Counted from the first letter of the stretch, positions 31,786-40,426 are shown. The stretch is DNA of 62,392 nucleotides from an uncultured Actinomycetes bacterium (GCA_903953805.1 CAJBLC010000052.1:1-62392), one strand, 5' to 3'. The notes: generated from the letters alone by a model not told the origin. Made by a program: numbers and translations.

Positions 31786-32217
31786 CTAGAAGAGTCCTGG
31801 GAGCACCTCCGTGGATACATCTGCAAAACCCTTCTCGCGATCTGCGAGATAGGTATTCCATGCAGCGCTATCCCAAATTTCTAACCGAGTATTTGCGCCG
31901 ATAACGACGCACTCTTTCTCTAGACCGGCATATGTTCGAAGCCCGCTAGGGATCGTTACGCGACCCTGCTTATCGGGAACTTCATCATGGGCGCCGGCGA
32001 ACATCACACGCATGTAGTCACGAGCTGCCTTCTCGGTGACGGGTGCTTGGCGAAGGCGATCGGTGATTGCGGAGAACTCATTGACGGGGAAGACATAGAG
32101 GCAGCGCTCCTGCCCCTTGGTGATAACGAGGCCCTTCGCGAGCTCATCGCGGAAACGGGCGGGGAGGATAATTCGACCCTTTTCATCCAACTTGGGTTCA
32201 TGGGTGCCGAGAAACAT
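31786..32217 (-). CDS. mraZ: transcriptional regulator MraZ
   Basis: [26 protein letters not shown]... plus a second DKQGRVTIP repeat. The ATG at 32217 lies 6 nt after GGGGGAG. The ORF track starts one codon earlier (TTG 32220). Confidence 0.95.
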   Translation of the reverse strand: MFLGTHEPKLDEKGRIILPARFRDELAKGLVITKGQERCLYVFPVNEFSAITDRLRQAPVTEKAARDYMRVMFAGAHDEVPDKQGRVTIPSGLRTYAGLEKECVVIGANTRLEIWDSAAWNTYLADREKGFADVSTEVLPGLF

Positions 32218-32238
32218 CAATGGCTCCCCCTTATCTAC

Positions 32239-32355
32239 CCACTTTTACGCCTAAATCCCCCGATTTAAGGTCGTGGCACCACTTTACTCCACTTTTCTCC
32301 ATTTTCAACCATCTTTGCCCACTTTCTCACCTTTTTATCGCCTTGGGACCCACTT
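32239..32355 (-). promoter_or_regulatory. array of AAAGTGG-type direct repeats upstream of mraZ (candidate MraZ operator)
   Basis: Plus-strand CCACTTT occurs at 32239, 32279, 32289 and 32319, and CCACTTC at 32350. Degenerate copies lie at 32299 (CCATTTT), 32309 (CCATCTT) and about 32329 (ACCTTTT). Six consecutive boxes from 32279 to 32329 are spaced exactly 10 bp apart. Confidence 0.65.
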
Positions 32356-32418
32356 CCCCATCGGAAGTGAGCCTCACCAATGGCTCCATCAGGGGCAGGC
32401 GGCACTACAGTTCGCCGA

Positions 32419-33354
32419 ATGAGTGGTGAATCCGAGGTCTTGATCAACGCTGTAGGTCTTCGTAAGGAGTACGGCGACTTTGTGGCAGTCGATGGGATCG
32501 ACTTCCAGGTCAAAAAGGGAGAATCCTTCGGATTTTTAGGGCCTAATGGCGCTGGAAAATCAACCACAATGCGGATCATCGCTGCGACGCTCACTCGTAC
32601 CGCAGGAGAGATCACAATTTTGGGGAAGGATCCTGAGAGGCATGGACCAGAAATTCGTGCACATCTTGGCGTCGTTCCGCAGCAAGATAATTTAGATAAC
32701 GCTCTTACTGTCGAAGATAACTTGTACGTCTACGGAAGATACTTCGGTCTATCCAAGAAATTTATTCGAGCGAAGATTGAAGATCTCTTGGACTTCGCCC
32801 AGCTTCAAGAGAAGCGCTCAGTAAAGGTAGAGGCACTTTCTGGCGGCATGAAACGTCGATTAACAATCGCGCGCGCACTTGTCAGCGAACCTGAAATTTT
32901 GATGCTCGATGAACCAACAACTGGTTTGGATCCTCAGGCGCGACACATTCTGTGGGACCGGCTCTTTCGTTTGAAAGAAGATGGAGTAACACTCCTCATC
33001 ACGACTCACTACATGGATGAGGCTGAACAGCTTTGTGATCGTTTAATTGTGATGGACAAAGGTCGCATTATGGCTGAGGATTCACCTGCCAATTTAATTA
33101 AAACATACTCCACTAAAGAAGTCCTAGAAGTGAGATTTGGAACAGATCGAAATGCTCTTTATGCAGATCAACTAAAGAGCATGTGTGAACGAATTGAAGT
33201 TCTTCCTGACCGCATCTTGATGTACTCCAATGATTGCGAACAGCTTCTCCACGAGATTACTCAAGCAGGCATGCATCCCACGACTTCACTGGTACGTAGA
33301 AGCTCTCTCGAAGATGTCTTCTTGCGTCTCACCGGACGGTCATTGGTTGAGTAA
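32419..33354 (+). CDS. ABC transporter ATP-binding protein (DrrA/NodI-like, ABC-2 type exporter)
   Basis: Contains GFLGPNGAGKSTT (Walker A), LSGGMKRRL (signature) and ILMLDEPTTGLD (Walker B). I chose the start at ATG 32419 (MSGESEVL...). The longest ORF starts at 32380. Confidence 0.9.
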   Translation: MSGESEVLINAVGLRKEYGDFVAVDGIDFQVKKGESFGFLGPNGAGKSTTMRIIAATLTRTAGEITILGKDPERHGPEIRAHLGVVPQQDNLDNALTVEDNLYVYGRYFGLSKKFIRAKIEDLLDFAQLQEKRSVKVEALSGGMKRRLTIARALVSEPEILMLDEPTTGLDPQARHILWDRLFRLKEDGVTLLITTHYMDEAEQLCDRLIVMDKGRIMAEDSPANLIKTYSTKEVLEVRFGTDRNALYADQLKSMCERIEVLPDRILMYSNDCEQLLHEITQAGMHPTTSLVRRSSLEDVFLRLTGRSLVE

Positions 33355-34193
33355 TGAGCTCTCCTAAGTTGGCCCGCCAGGGCTCGTTACAGATCGTTGA
33401 TCTCTCCAAAGTCCTCTCCTTTGGCTCATTCTTTGTTACTGCCTCCAGAATCAGAATTATGTGGAAGTGGCGCTGGTCGATTGCTGGTGAAGCCATTGCA
33501 AACCCACTCTTTTACCTGCTTTCGATCGGTATCGGTATCGGCAAATTCGTTGGTTCTCACCAATCAGCTGGCATTGATGGGGTCTCCTATTTAAAGTTTT
33601 TGGCACCGGCCCTCCTTGCATCTGCCTGCATTATCGGCGCAGTGAATGAAGTTATGCACCCCACGCTCGAAGGCTTCAAATGGAATAAGAATTTCTTCGC
33701 CATGAACGCGACCCCGCTCTCGGCCAAGCAGATTGCAGATGGCGTACTTGTTGCAGCGTTGGTTCGCGCACTCTTTGGAACGGTGATGTATTACATCGCA
33801 TTGTTAGCTTTTGGTGGAGTCTCGGGGTGGAATTCGCTCTGGCTATTGCCGGCGACCATGTTTGCCGCAGCATCATTTGCTTCAGTCATGCTAGGCGTAT
33901 GTGCAGCAGTTGAGAATCCTGATCTCTTACTCAACATCGTAAACCGGCTTCTGATTATGCCGCTCTTCCTCTTTTCCGGAACCTTCTACTCTCTGAAAAC
34001 TATGCCGCTCTTCTTGCAGGTAATCGGATGGTTCTCACCTCTATGGCACTCCACCGAAATCGGACGATGGATTGCATATGGACACTCAATTTCAGGCCTT
34101 GGGCTAGTTATCCATTTTGCATATATGGCAGTGATGTTGATCGTTGGAGTTTATTTCTCTCGCCGCTTCTTCGCTCAAAGGTTGGCAAAATGA
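33354..34193 (+). CDS. ABC-2 type transporter permease (DrrB/NodJ-like)
   Basis: 279 aa, about 6 TM helices. Its start overlaps the ATPase stop (TAATG). Confidence 0.82.
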   Translation: MSSPKLARQGSLQIVDLSKVLSFGSFFVTASRIRIMWKWRWSIAGEAIANPLFYLLSIGIGIGKFVGSHQSAGIDGVSYLKFLAPALLASACIIGAVNEVMHPTLEGFKWNKNFFAMNATPLSAKQIADGVLVAALVRALFGTVMYYIALLAFGGVSGWNSLWLLPATMFAAASFASVMLGVCAAVENPDLLLNIVNRLLIMPLFLFSGTFYSLKTMPLFLQVIGWFSPLWHSTEIGRWIAYGHSISGLGLVIHFAYMAVMLIVGVYFSRRFFAQRLAK

Positions 34194-35020
34194 CGATCAG
34201 TAGAGCGGTAGAGATCGCCGAAAAGCAAAAGGGTCGAATTGGTGAGGGTACCTACTCGCGTCGCGCTCGAACTATTTTGGAACATCGCAGACTCGCCTTT
34301 AAACAAGGTCATTGGATCGTTGTCTTTACCGGTTTTATCGAGCCTGTTCTCTACCTCTTCTCTTTCGGATTCGGAGTTGGAAAACTCGTCGGAAAAGTTG
34401 AAGTTGGCCAGCACCACTTTGTCACATATGCCCAATTTATCGCCCCAGCACTATTGGCCACATCGGCAATGAACGGTGCGATCTTTGATTCAACGTGGAA
34501 TGTCTTCTTTCGATTGAAATATGACGGTACCTATAAGGCGATGCTTGCAACATCACTTGGGCCTCTTGATGTTGCGATGGGTGAGATCGGGTGGGCGCTC
34601 ATACGCGGTCTTATTTACGCCACCGGCTTTACCGCAATCGTGATGCCTCTAGGGTTGATCAAGGGTTGGTATGGCTTGCTAGCTATCCCTGCAGCAGTGC
34701 TCATCGCATTCGGTTTTGCCTCCGTTGGAATGCTTTATACCTCGTATGCGAAATCCTTCCAGCACATGGATTGGGTCAACATCATCATGCTCCCCCTCTT
34801 TCTCTTCTCGGGAGCGCTCTACCCACTCTCTATCTATCCCGTGTGGCTTCAGCGAGTTATCGAAGCTCTCCCGCTCTGGCATGCGATCTCGATTATTCGC
34901 GCGCTCTGCTTAGGGGAGATTCATTGGAGTTTGCTCGCACACTGCGCATACTTTGCCGTCATGATTGGTGTGGGGCTTGCATTTACAACCCGTCGCCTGC
35001 GCGCACTCTTTATGCGTTAA
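34190..35020 (+). CDS. ABC-2 type transporter permease, second subunit (DrrC/NodJ-like)
   Basis: The ATG at 34190 forms an ATGA overlap with the previous stop. The protein is polytopic (MTISRAVEIAEKQ...). The longer ORF-track start (34028) lies inside the previous gene. Confidence 0.8.
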   Translation: MTISRAVEIAEKQKGRIGEGTYSRRARTILEHRRLAFKQGHWIVVFTGFIEPVLYLFSFGFGVGKLVGKVEVGQHHFVTYAQFIAPALLATSAMNGAIFDSTWNVFFRLKYDGTYKAMLATSLGPLDVAMGEIGWALIRGLIYATGFTAIVMPLGLIKGWYGLLAIPAAVLIAFGFASVGMLYTSYAKSFQHMDWVNIIMLPLFLFSGALYPLSIYPVWLQRVIEALPLWHAISIIRALCLGEIHWSLLAHCAYFAVMIGVGLAFTTRRLRALFMR

Positions 35021-35032
35021 AAATCTGAACGA

Positions 35033-35398
35033 CTACTGATTATTGCGGTCATCCCAGCGACGCTCGAGGCGATCGCTCCAACGTGGCGAGCGATTTTTTC
35101 CGGAAGAAGTTCCGGTGTTCTTGCCCATCATCTGGCGCAATGAGAAATTTGAGATAGCGGTAAATGCACCGCTGAGAGCGATAATGAAGCCGATAACACC
35201 AACCACAGTATTCTTTGCAACGAGGCCAGCGACGATAACTGCCAAGCCAGTAAGAACGGCGAAGAATCCCGCGAGAACACGTGAAGCCTGACGCGTACGG
35301 GCTTTACCGCTTAGCGCACCTACGAGACGTGGGTCATCCGCGGCAAGCGCCGCCTCCATCTCCGCTAAGAGCTTCTGTTCATGTTCTGAGAGTGCCAC
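35033..35398 (-). CDS. DUF3040-family small membrane protein
   Basis: 121 aa. MALSEHEQKLLAEMEAALAADDPRL followed by two TM helices is the typical actinobacterial DUF3040 architecture. Confidence 0.8.
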   Translation of the reverse strand: MALSEHEQKLLAEMEAALAADDPRLVGALSGKARTRQASRVLAGFFAVLTGLAVIVAGLVAKNTVVGVIGFIIALSGAFTAISNFSLRQMMGKNTGTSSGKNRSPRWSDRLERRWDDRNNQ

Positions 35399-35413
35399 GT
35401 CTTTAGATTAGCC

Positions 35414-36616
35414 CTAATCCTGGGATTCGTCAGCCTCAGTAGAGGAGACCAGGCGGGCAGGCCGAACGCTCCCTCTGCCAAAACGCTTTGTTGCCGCATC
35501 CATAGCCGCCGTCGCCTCCCGCCAGCCCTTTTCGCGCTCACCGAGGAGAAGTTGCTGGGGGGAACCGGTGCCATCACTGAGATTTTCGAGCGATACGCCG
35601 ACTAAGCGAATTCTCGCTCGATCTAATTTCAGCGCCTTGTAAAGATTCCGGACTACCTCGTAGCACTCTTGAACTCCACTGATCGGAAGTGGCACGGTCT
35701 TAGAGCGGCTGATGGTTGTGAAATCTGCAAATCTAATTTTTATCGCAATTGTTTTACTCACAAGTCCACGATCACGAAGTCGATGAGATGCCCGCTCCAC
35801 CATGCGAAGTAATTCGCGAAGGATCTCCTCGTGATTATCGAGATCGATCAGAAAGGTCTCTTCCGCACCAATACTTTTATCTGGTTCATCCGTTGTTACG
35901 CTTCGATAGTCGCGACCCCACGCCAACTCGTAGAGCGTCTCCCCTGCTGATTGACCGAGAGCGCGTATCAAAGTCGCACGCGGCGTCTGCGCAATATCAC
36001 CGATCTTGGTTAAGCCAATACGCTGAAGTTCTTCATTTGTCTTTGGCCCAACGCCCCACATCGCACTCACTGGTAGTGGGTGGAGAAATTCAAGAATACG
36101 ACTCTGCTCAATCTCCAACATTCCATTTGGCTTGGCATATGTTGATGCGAGCTTGGCAATAAATTTCGAAGGGGCGATTCCTACTGAGCAGGTGATCCCC
36201 TCTTCGCTCTCAACTCGTGCCCGAATCTTGGCGGCGATCACTCTTCCATCGCCATGCAACCTCTGACTTCCTGTGACATCGAGAAAGGCTTCATCAAGAG
36301 AGAGCGGCTCAACCAGCGGGGTAAAGGAGTGGAAGATCTCCATAATGTGGCGAGAGATTTCTGCATTTCGTTCCATATTGACCGGAACGAAGATTGCGTG
36401 CGGGGCTAATCGTCGCGCTTGTCCGAGGGGCATGGCAGAGCGCACACCAAATTTTCGCGCTTCATAATTTGCCGATGAGACAACTCCGCGTGCTCCCATG
36501 CCAACGACAACTGGCTTTCCTTTGAGTGTTGGGTCATCGCGTTCTGCAACCGATGCATAGAAGGCATCCATATCAACGTGGAGAATGGTGAGCCGCTTCT
36601 CATCTAACTCACTCAT
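35414..36616 (-). CDS. dinB: DNA polymerase IV (Y-family, catalytic residues intact)
   Basis: Contains LTILHVDMDAFYASV, SLDEAFLDVT, GIAPSKFIAKLAS and PVSAMWGVGPKT. The ATG at 36616 overlaps the dnaE2 stop by 8 nt. Confidence 0.9.
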   Translation of the reverse strand: MSELDEKRLTILHVDMDAFYASVAERDDPTLKGKPVVVGMGARGVVSSANYEARKFGVRSAMPLGQARRLAPHAIFVPVNMERNAEISRHIMEIFHSFTPLVEPLSLDEAFLDVTGSQRLHGDGRVIAAKIRARVESEEGITCSVGIAPSKFIAKLASTYAKPNGMLEIEQSRILEFLHPLPVSAMWGVGPKTNEELQRIGLTKIGDIAQTPRATLIRALGQSAGETLYELAWGRDYRSVTTDEPDKSIGAEETFLIDLDNHEEILRELLRMVERASHRLRDRGLVSKTIAIKIRFADFTTISRSKTVPLPISGVQECYEVVRNLYKALKLDRARIRLVGVSLENLSDGTGSPQQLLLGEREKGWREATAAMDAATKRFGRGSVRPARLVSSTEADESQD

Positions 36617-39600
36617 GGACTGCTCGCTCACGAGAGTTGAGATTACGCCACTTCTCATATGAGGAGCCGAGTTCCCACGCCTTTGTTGCGCGAATAGAGA
36701 GTCCGCGCGGCCCCGTTCTGCGCACCTCGCCCTTTACCAAAAAGAGTGATGAGCTATAGAGAAGAGCGGCGCAGCTATTTTGCACATCCTCGAAGAAGGT
36801 AATGTCACTACACCCGTAGCCATCATCGAGTGTTAAGAAGATGACTCTCCTGCCTGACCGGACTGGCGGTGTTTGCAGCGCAACCTTTACACCAGCAACA
36901 AGTACTGGGCTTCCTGCTCGTTGGTGGATGAGATCGGAAGATCTGATCGCCCCTACATGGTTGAGAAAATCGCCATAGAACTCGAGCATATGGCGGGAGA
37001 TATCCATTCCCGTAATATCAATCTCATGGCGCACTCGCTCAGCTGCAGTGAGATCTGGAAGCCCAGTTGATTCAAGTGGTGGCGGCGTTAATCCAAGAGT
37101 TAACTGACCGCTCCCGAGGTTACCCTTCTTCGATGCTGATAATTTATAGAGATCCTGCGCATGCAGCAAGAGGTCTCTTCTATTAAGAGCGCTCTTCTCT
37201 TCTGGTCCAATCTTATGAAGAGCATCAAATGCTCCAACCAGAATAAGAGCTTGCGTTGTTGGATATGCAGAGCCAGATCGTGCAACAAAATCAGCAAGAT
37301 CAAGATAAGGACGCGCACTGAGAATCGTCTCAATTTCGCCACTACTAATTCCCTGGATCTCGCTGAGTGCGATACGAATCGCATACCCTCGCGCATCTGG
37401 TAGCGAGAGTGAACTTCCGGTGCTGATTAAATCTGGTGCGACATAAGGGGCTCGTGCTCCATCATCAGAAGGCGAGATCTTCTCTACGCGATACGTTCGA
37501 TCTGAACGATTGATATCGATAGGAGCAATAACAATCCCCCATTGGCGAGCCTCATCAAGAATCAATCGCTTTGGATACATCCCCGGATCGTGGGTAAGCG
37601 CTCCAGCTATAAATGCCGCAGTGTGATGTGTCTTCAACCATGCCGATTGATAAGTAGGAAGTGCAAAAGCGGCTGCATGCGCCTTGCAGAATCCAAAGGA
37701 GGCGAAGGCTCGAAGAACATCCCAGACCTTATCGACAACCTTCATCTCGAAGCCTTGCGCAAGCGCTGCTGGGTAGAACCAATCGCAGACCGCTTGCTGA
37801 CTTTCAAGGGATCCCAACTGTCGACGGCGCTCATCTGAGTGCGCAAGTGAGGAGCCGGTCATGACCGAGATCAGGCGTATGACTTGCTCATGGAATACGA
37901 CAACTCCTTCAGTCTCTTCCAGAATTGGATCGAGCTGTGGATGGAGAAGGGTGCGACTTCGATGGCCATGTCGGGTATTAATAAAAGGGGTAATCATGTC
38001 GCTCTTCACTGGCCCAGGACGGAAGAGAGAGATATCAATGATGAGATCGGTAAATGTCGAGGGAGCAAACTTTCCGACAAGCTCACGCTGCCCCGGACTC
38101 TCTACTTGGAATATTCCTAAGGTCCGAGTCGATTTAATCAAATCAAAGGTCTTGTGATCATTGAGTGGAATAACATCGATATCGACACGCTTCTCTTCTA
38201 CTCTCTCTATTTCAGAGAGGGCATATGAGATAGCAGATTGCATCCGCACACCAAGAACATCGAGTTTGAGAAGGCCGATCGCCTCAACATCATCTTTATC
38301 GAAATAGACCATGGGATAGTTGCTTGAATTCCGAAGAGTCGGTGCGACATCGCCAAGTTTTGCATCCGAGAGGATGATGGCACAGGGGTGCATCGAGAGG
38401 TGGCGCGGTAATCCATCAATCCTTCCGGCAAGTTCAATCGCCATCTTCATGATTGGCGTATTGAGTTTGAGTCCTTTGAGCTCGGGAAGGTTCTCAAGTG
38501 CCTTACCGATGTTGCGAGCGCGAATATGCGGCAGAGATTTTGCAATCAGATCAATCTCCATCGGAGATATCCCCAAAGCTGCTCCGACATCACGAATAGC
38601 GTGACGTGCTCGGTAGGTATCGACCATTGCAACTGTTGCAGTTCTCTCCGGGCCATACCTCTCAAAGATTGCATCGTAGATTTCAAGGCGACGTGCGGAT
38701 TCAACATCGATATCAATATCTGGAAGTTCACCGCGAAGCGTTGAGCAGAACCGCTCCATAAGAAGTCCTTGGCTCATCGGCTCAACTCCAGAAATTCCTA
38801 AGAGATAACAGATGAGCGATCCGGCGCCGCTTCCTCGCGCTGCTACCCGAATTCCTCTATCCCGTGCCATATCCGTTATATCTGCAACGGTAAGAAAATA
38901 TGATTCAAATCCAAGGGTGCGAATAGTCGCTAACTCTTCTTCAAGTCGCATTGCTGCACCGACTGATTCAGCTGATGAGTAACGCCGCGAAAAGCCAGCT
39001 TCAGCACGATCGCGGAGCTGGATAGCCATCTCTGCATGGTTGCGGGCGCCCACTACTGATGCTTCTGGCAAGTGGACTCCCCCGATGCCGATATCGCGGC
39101 GTGGCGAGAGGATGCAGCGCTCTGCCAAATTGTGAGTTGCCGCAAGGAGGGTCTTGCCATCTCGTTCACCCGCCATGCGCGCAATCTCATCTGCGACATA
39201 ACGCATCTCTTCACCACTTTTGAGATATCCCTCGCTATTTGTTCGCTCGATATGGCTATGGTGAAGCGGAACAAGTAACCGGGCAGCATCAAGAACATCT
39301 GCGACCGGCCCATCTGTGCGATTGAGCATTCGCGCAGCATTTGTGAGTACCGCTGGTAATCCATGATCGCGAGCGAAGGCTAAAGCCTTTGCCGCATAGG
39401 GAGTAGAGAGCGGACCATCTCCCTTTGCCAAGTGAGATGTGCATTCAATAATTTGTTCAGCGAAGAGATCGCGCGTCGCGTTGTACATAGAGAGTGCAGC
39501 ATCGTGGCGACGCGCAGCGATGCTCTGTGCGAGTTGAGAGTCATAGCCATGCATGATGAAGAGCTGTGATGAATGTTCAGACTCTTGCTGAAGAATTTCA

Positions 39601-39923
39601 TAGGTAAGGAGGTTCTCATTATTGACCTTATTCATAGCGCTGACTAAGCGATAGAGCGCAGAGAGCTTCCCTGCTGGAGCAAGCAGCGTCACGCGGTACT
39701 TCTTCTGAATAAAGCTGAGATTGATACCGAGGATCGGATTCACTCCATACGCTTCACAACTTTGAGCAAAACGAATTGCACCAGCTAAACCATCTCGATC
39801 AGTAAGAGCGAGTGAGCTCATCCCAAGCTCTGCCGCTCGAGCAACGAGGGCATCGGGCTGTGCTGTTCCATATTTAAAGGAGTAGCCGCTTGAGAGGTGA
39901 AGGTGTGTAAACTCTTTAAACAT
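36609..39923 (-). CDS. dnaE2: error-prone DNA polymerase III alpha homologue DnaE2 (ImuC)
   Basis: 1104 aa and a second alpha-subunit paralogue in this window. PHP start HLHLSSGYSF..LTDRDGL and catalytic PDIDIDVESARR. It lies behind a LexA box. Confidence 0.88.
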   Translation of the reverse strand: MFKEFTHLHLSSGYSFKYGTAQPDALVARAAELGMSSLALTDRDGLAGAIRFAQSCEAYGVNPILGINLSFIQKKYRVTLLAPAGKLSALYRLVSAMNKVNNENLLTYEILQQESEHSSQLFIMHGYDSQLAQSIAARRHDAALSMYNATRDLFAEQIIECTSHLAKGDGPLSTPYAAKALAFARDHGLPAVLTNAARMLNRTDGPVADVLDAARLLVPLHHSHIERTNSEGYLKSGEEMRYVADEIARMAGERDGKTLLAATHNLAERCILSPRRDIGIGGVHLPEASVVGARNHAEMAIQLRDRAEAGFSRRYSSAESVGAAMRLEEELATIRTLGFESYFLTVADITDMARDRGIRVAARGSGAGSLICYLLGISGVEPMSQGLLMERFCSTLRGELPDIDIDVESARRLEIYDAIFERYGPERTATVAMVDTYRARHAIRDVGAALGISPMEIDLIAKSLPHIRARNIGKALENLPELKGLKLNTPIMKMAIELAGRIDGLPRHLSMHPCAIILSDAKLGDVAPTLRNSSNYPMVYFDKDDVEAIGLLKLDVLGVRMQSAISYALSEIERVEEKRVDIDVIPLNDHKTFDLIKSTRTLGIFQVESPGQRELVGKFAPSTFTDLIIDISLFRPGPVKSDMITPFINTRHGHRSRTLLHPQLDPILEETEGVVVFHEQVIRLISVMTGSSLAHSDERRRQLGSLESQQAVCDWFYPAALAQGFEMKVVDKVWDVLRAFASFGFCKAHAAAFALPTYQSAWLKTHHTAAFIAGALTHDPGMYPKRLILDEARQWGIVIAPIDINRSDRTYRVEKISPSDDGARAPYVAPDLISTGSSLSLPDARGYAIRIALSEIQGISSGEIETILSARPYLDLADFVARSGSAYPTTQALILVGAFDALHKIGPEEKSALNRRDLLLHAQDLYKLSASKKGNLGSGQLTLGLTPPPLESTGLPDLTAAERVRHEIDITGMDISRHMLEFYGDFLNHVGAIRSSDLIHQRAGSPVLVAGVKVALQTPPVRSGRRVIFLTLDDGYGCSDITFFEDVQNSCAALLYSSSLFLVKGEVRRTGPRGLSIRATKAWELGSSYEKWRNLNSRERAVHE

Positions 39924-39960
39924 TGCAGTCCATAATTCGCTATCTCGTTATTAACTCGAG

Positions 39961-40326
39961 CTATCGGGGCCGAGATGTTGGACGAATCTGCCAACTCCCA
40001 GTGAGTTCATCGAGTTCGAGTTCAAAGGTAGCGAGCGCACCAACTGGCGCCGCCTCTACCCGCCAGATAGCGCGCGCTCCATCATCGAAGATCGTCTGTT
40101 CTAAATGTCTTTGATCCAACGGCCTCTGGCGATAATTTCCATCATCGATCCGGTTCCACCATCCCCCTGATTCGCGCCATCTCGAGGCGATGGCATGGAT
40201 GTGGAAGCGACGACCTTGGTAGATAAATTCGACCGGCTCGCCCTCAGGGGCCAATACCGGAGGGACCCTGGGGCTAGATGGCTCGGAGCTCTCAGGGGTT
40301 GCTGGGTTCTTCGTTGATTCGAACAT
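39961..40326 (-). CDS. hypothetical 121-aa protein, first gene of the SOS-box-controlled dnaE2 operon
   Basis: It has a Pro/Ser/Glu-rich N-terminus followed by EFIYQGRRFHIHAIASRWRESGGWWNRIDDGNYR. It lies 37 nt upstream of dnaE2 on the same strand. Its ATG is inside the LexA palindrome. I did not recognise a family. Confidence 0.65.
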   Translation of the reverse strand: MFESTKNPATPESSEPSSPRVPPVLAPEGEPVEFIYQGRRFHIHAIASRWRESGGWWNRIDDGNYRQRPLDQRHLEQTIFDDGARAIWRVEAAPVGALATFELELDELTGSWQIRPTSRPR

Positions 40327-40335
40327 ATGTTCGAA
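40318..40335. promoter_or_regulatory. LexA operator (SOS box), perfect palindrome
   Basis: The sequence TTCGAACATATGTTCGAA contains the actinobacterial consensus TCGAAC-N4-GTTCGA with no mismatch. It overlaps the start codon at 40326. Confidence 0.85.
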
Positions 40336-40363
40336 AGATAGCCCTCGCCACTGACAGTGGCAA
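40335..40363 (-). promoter_or_regulatory. promoter of the dnaE2 operon: RecA-NDp-type motif TGTCAGTG-N8-TATCTT (also a TTGCCA-N17-TATCTT reading)
   Basis: On the minus strand: TTGCCA (40363-40358), TGTCAGTG (40356-40349), gcgagggc, TATCTT (40340-40335). The ATG follows 8 nt later with no Shine-Dalgarno, so the transcript is leaderless or near-leaderless. Confidence 0.65.
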
Positions 40364-40426
40364 GGTGGCTCCGCTCCGTAGTCCAGCCTGGCTTACAGAG
40401 CCTCGCCGATCTGCCACGATACCCAC

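Noticed and set aside
32265-32615. A 116-aa minus-strand ORF spanning the mraZ upstream region and the ABC ATPase N-terminus.
   Set aside because: It is the typical antisense shadow of a Walker-A region (DFPAPLGP). It overlaps a well-supported gene and the repeat array.
35414-36658. The Y-family polymerase downstream of dnaE2 might be ImuB, the expected partner.
   Set aside because: The catalytic DMD and LDE motifs and the steric-gate aromatic residue are intact, and the length (about 400 aa) fits DinB. ImuB proteins lack these carboxylates.
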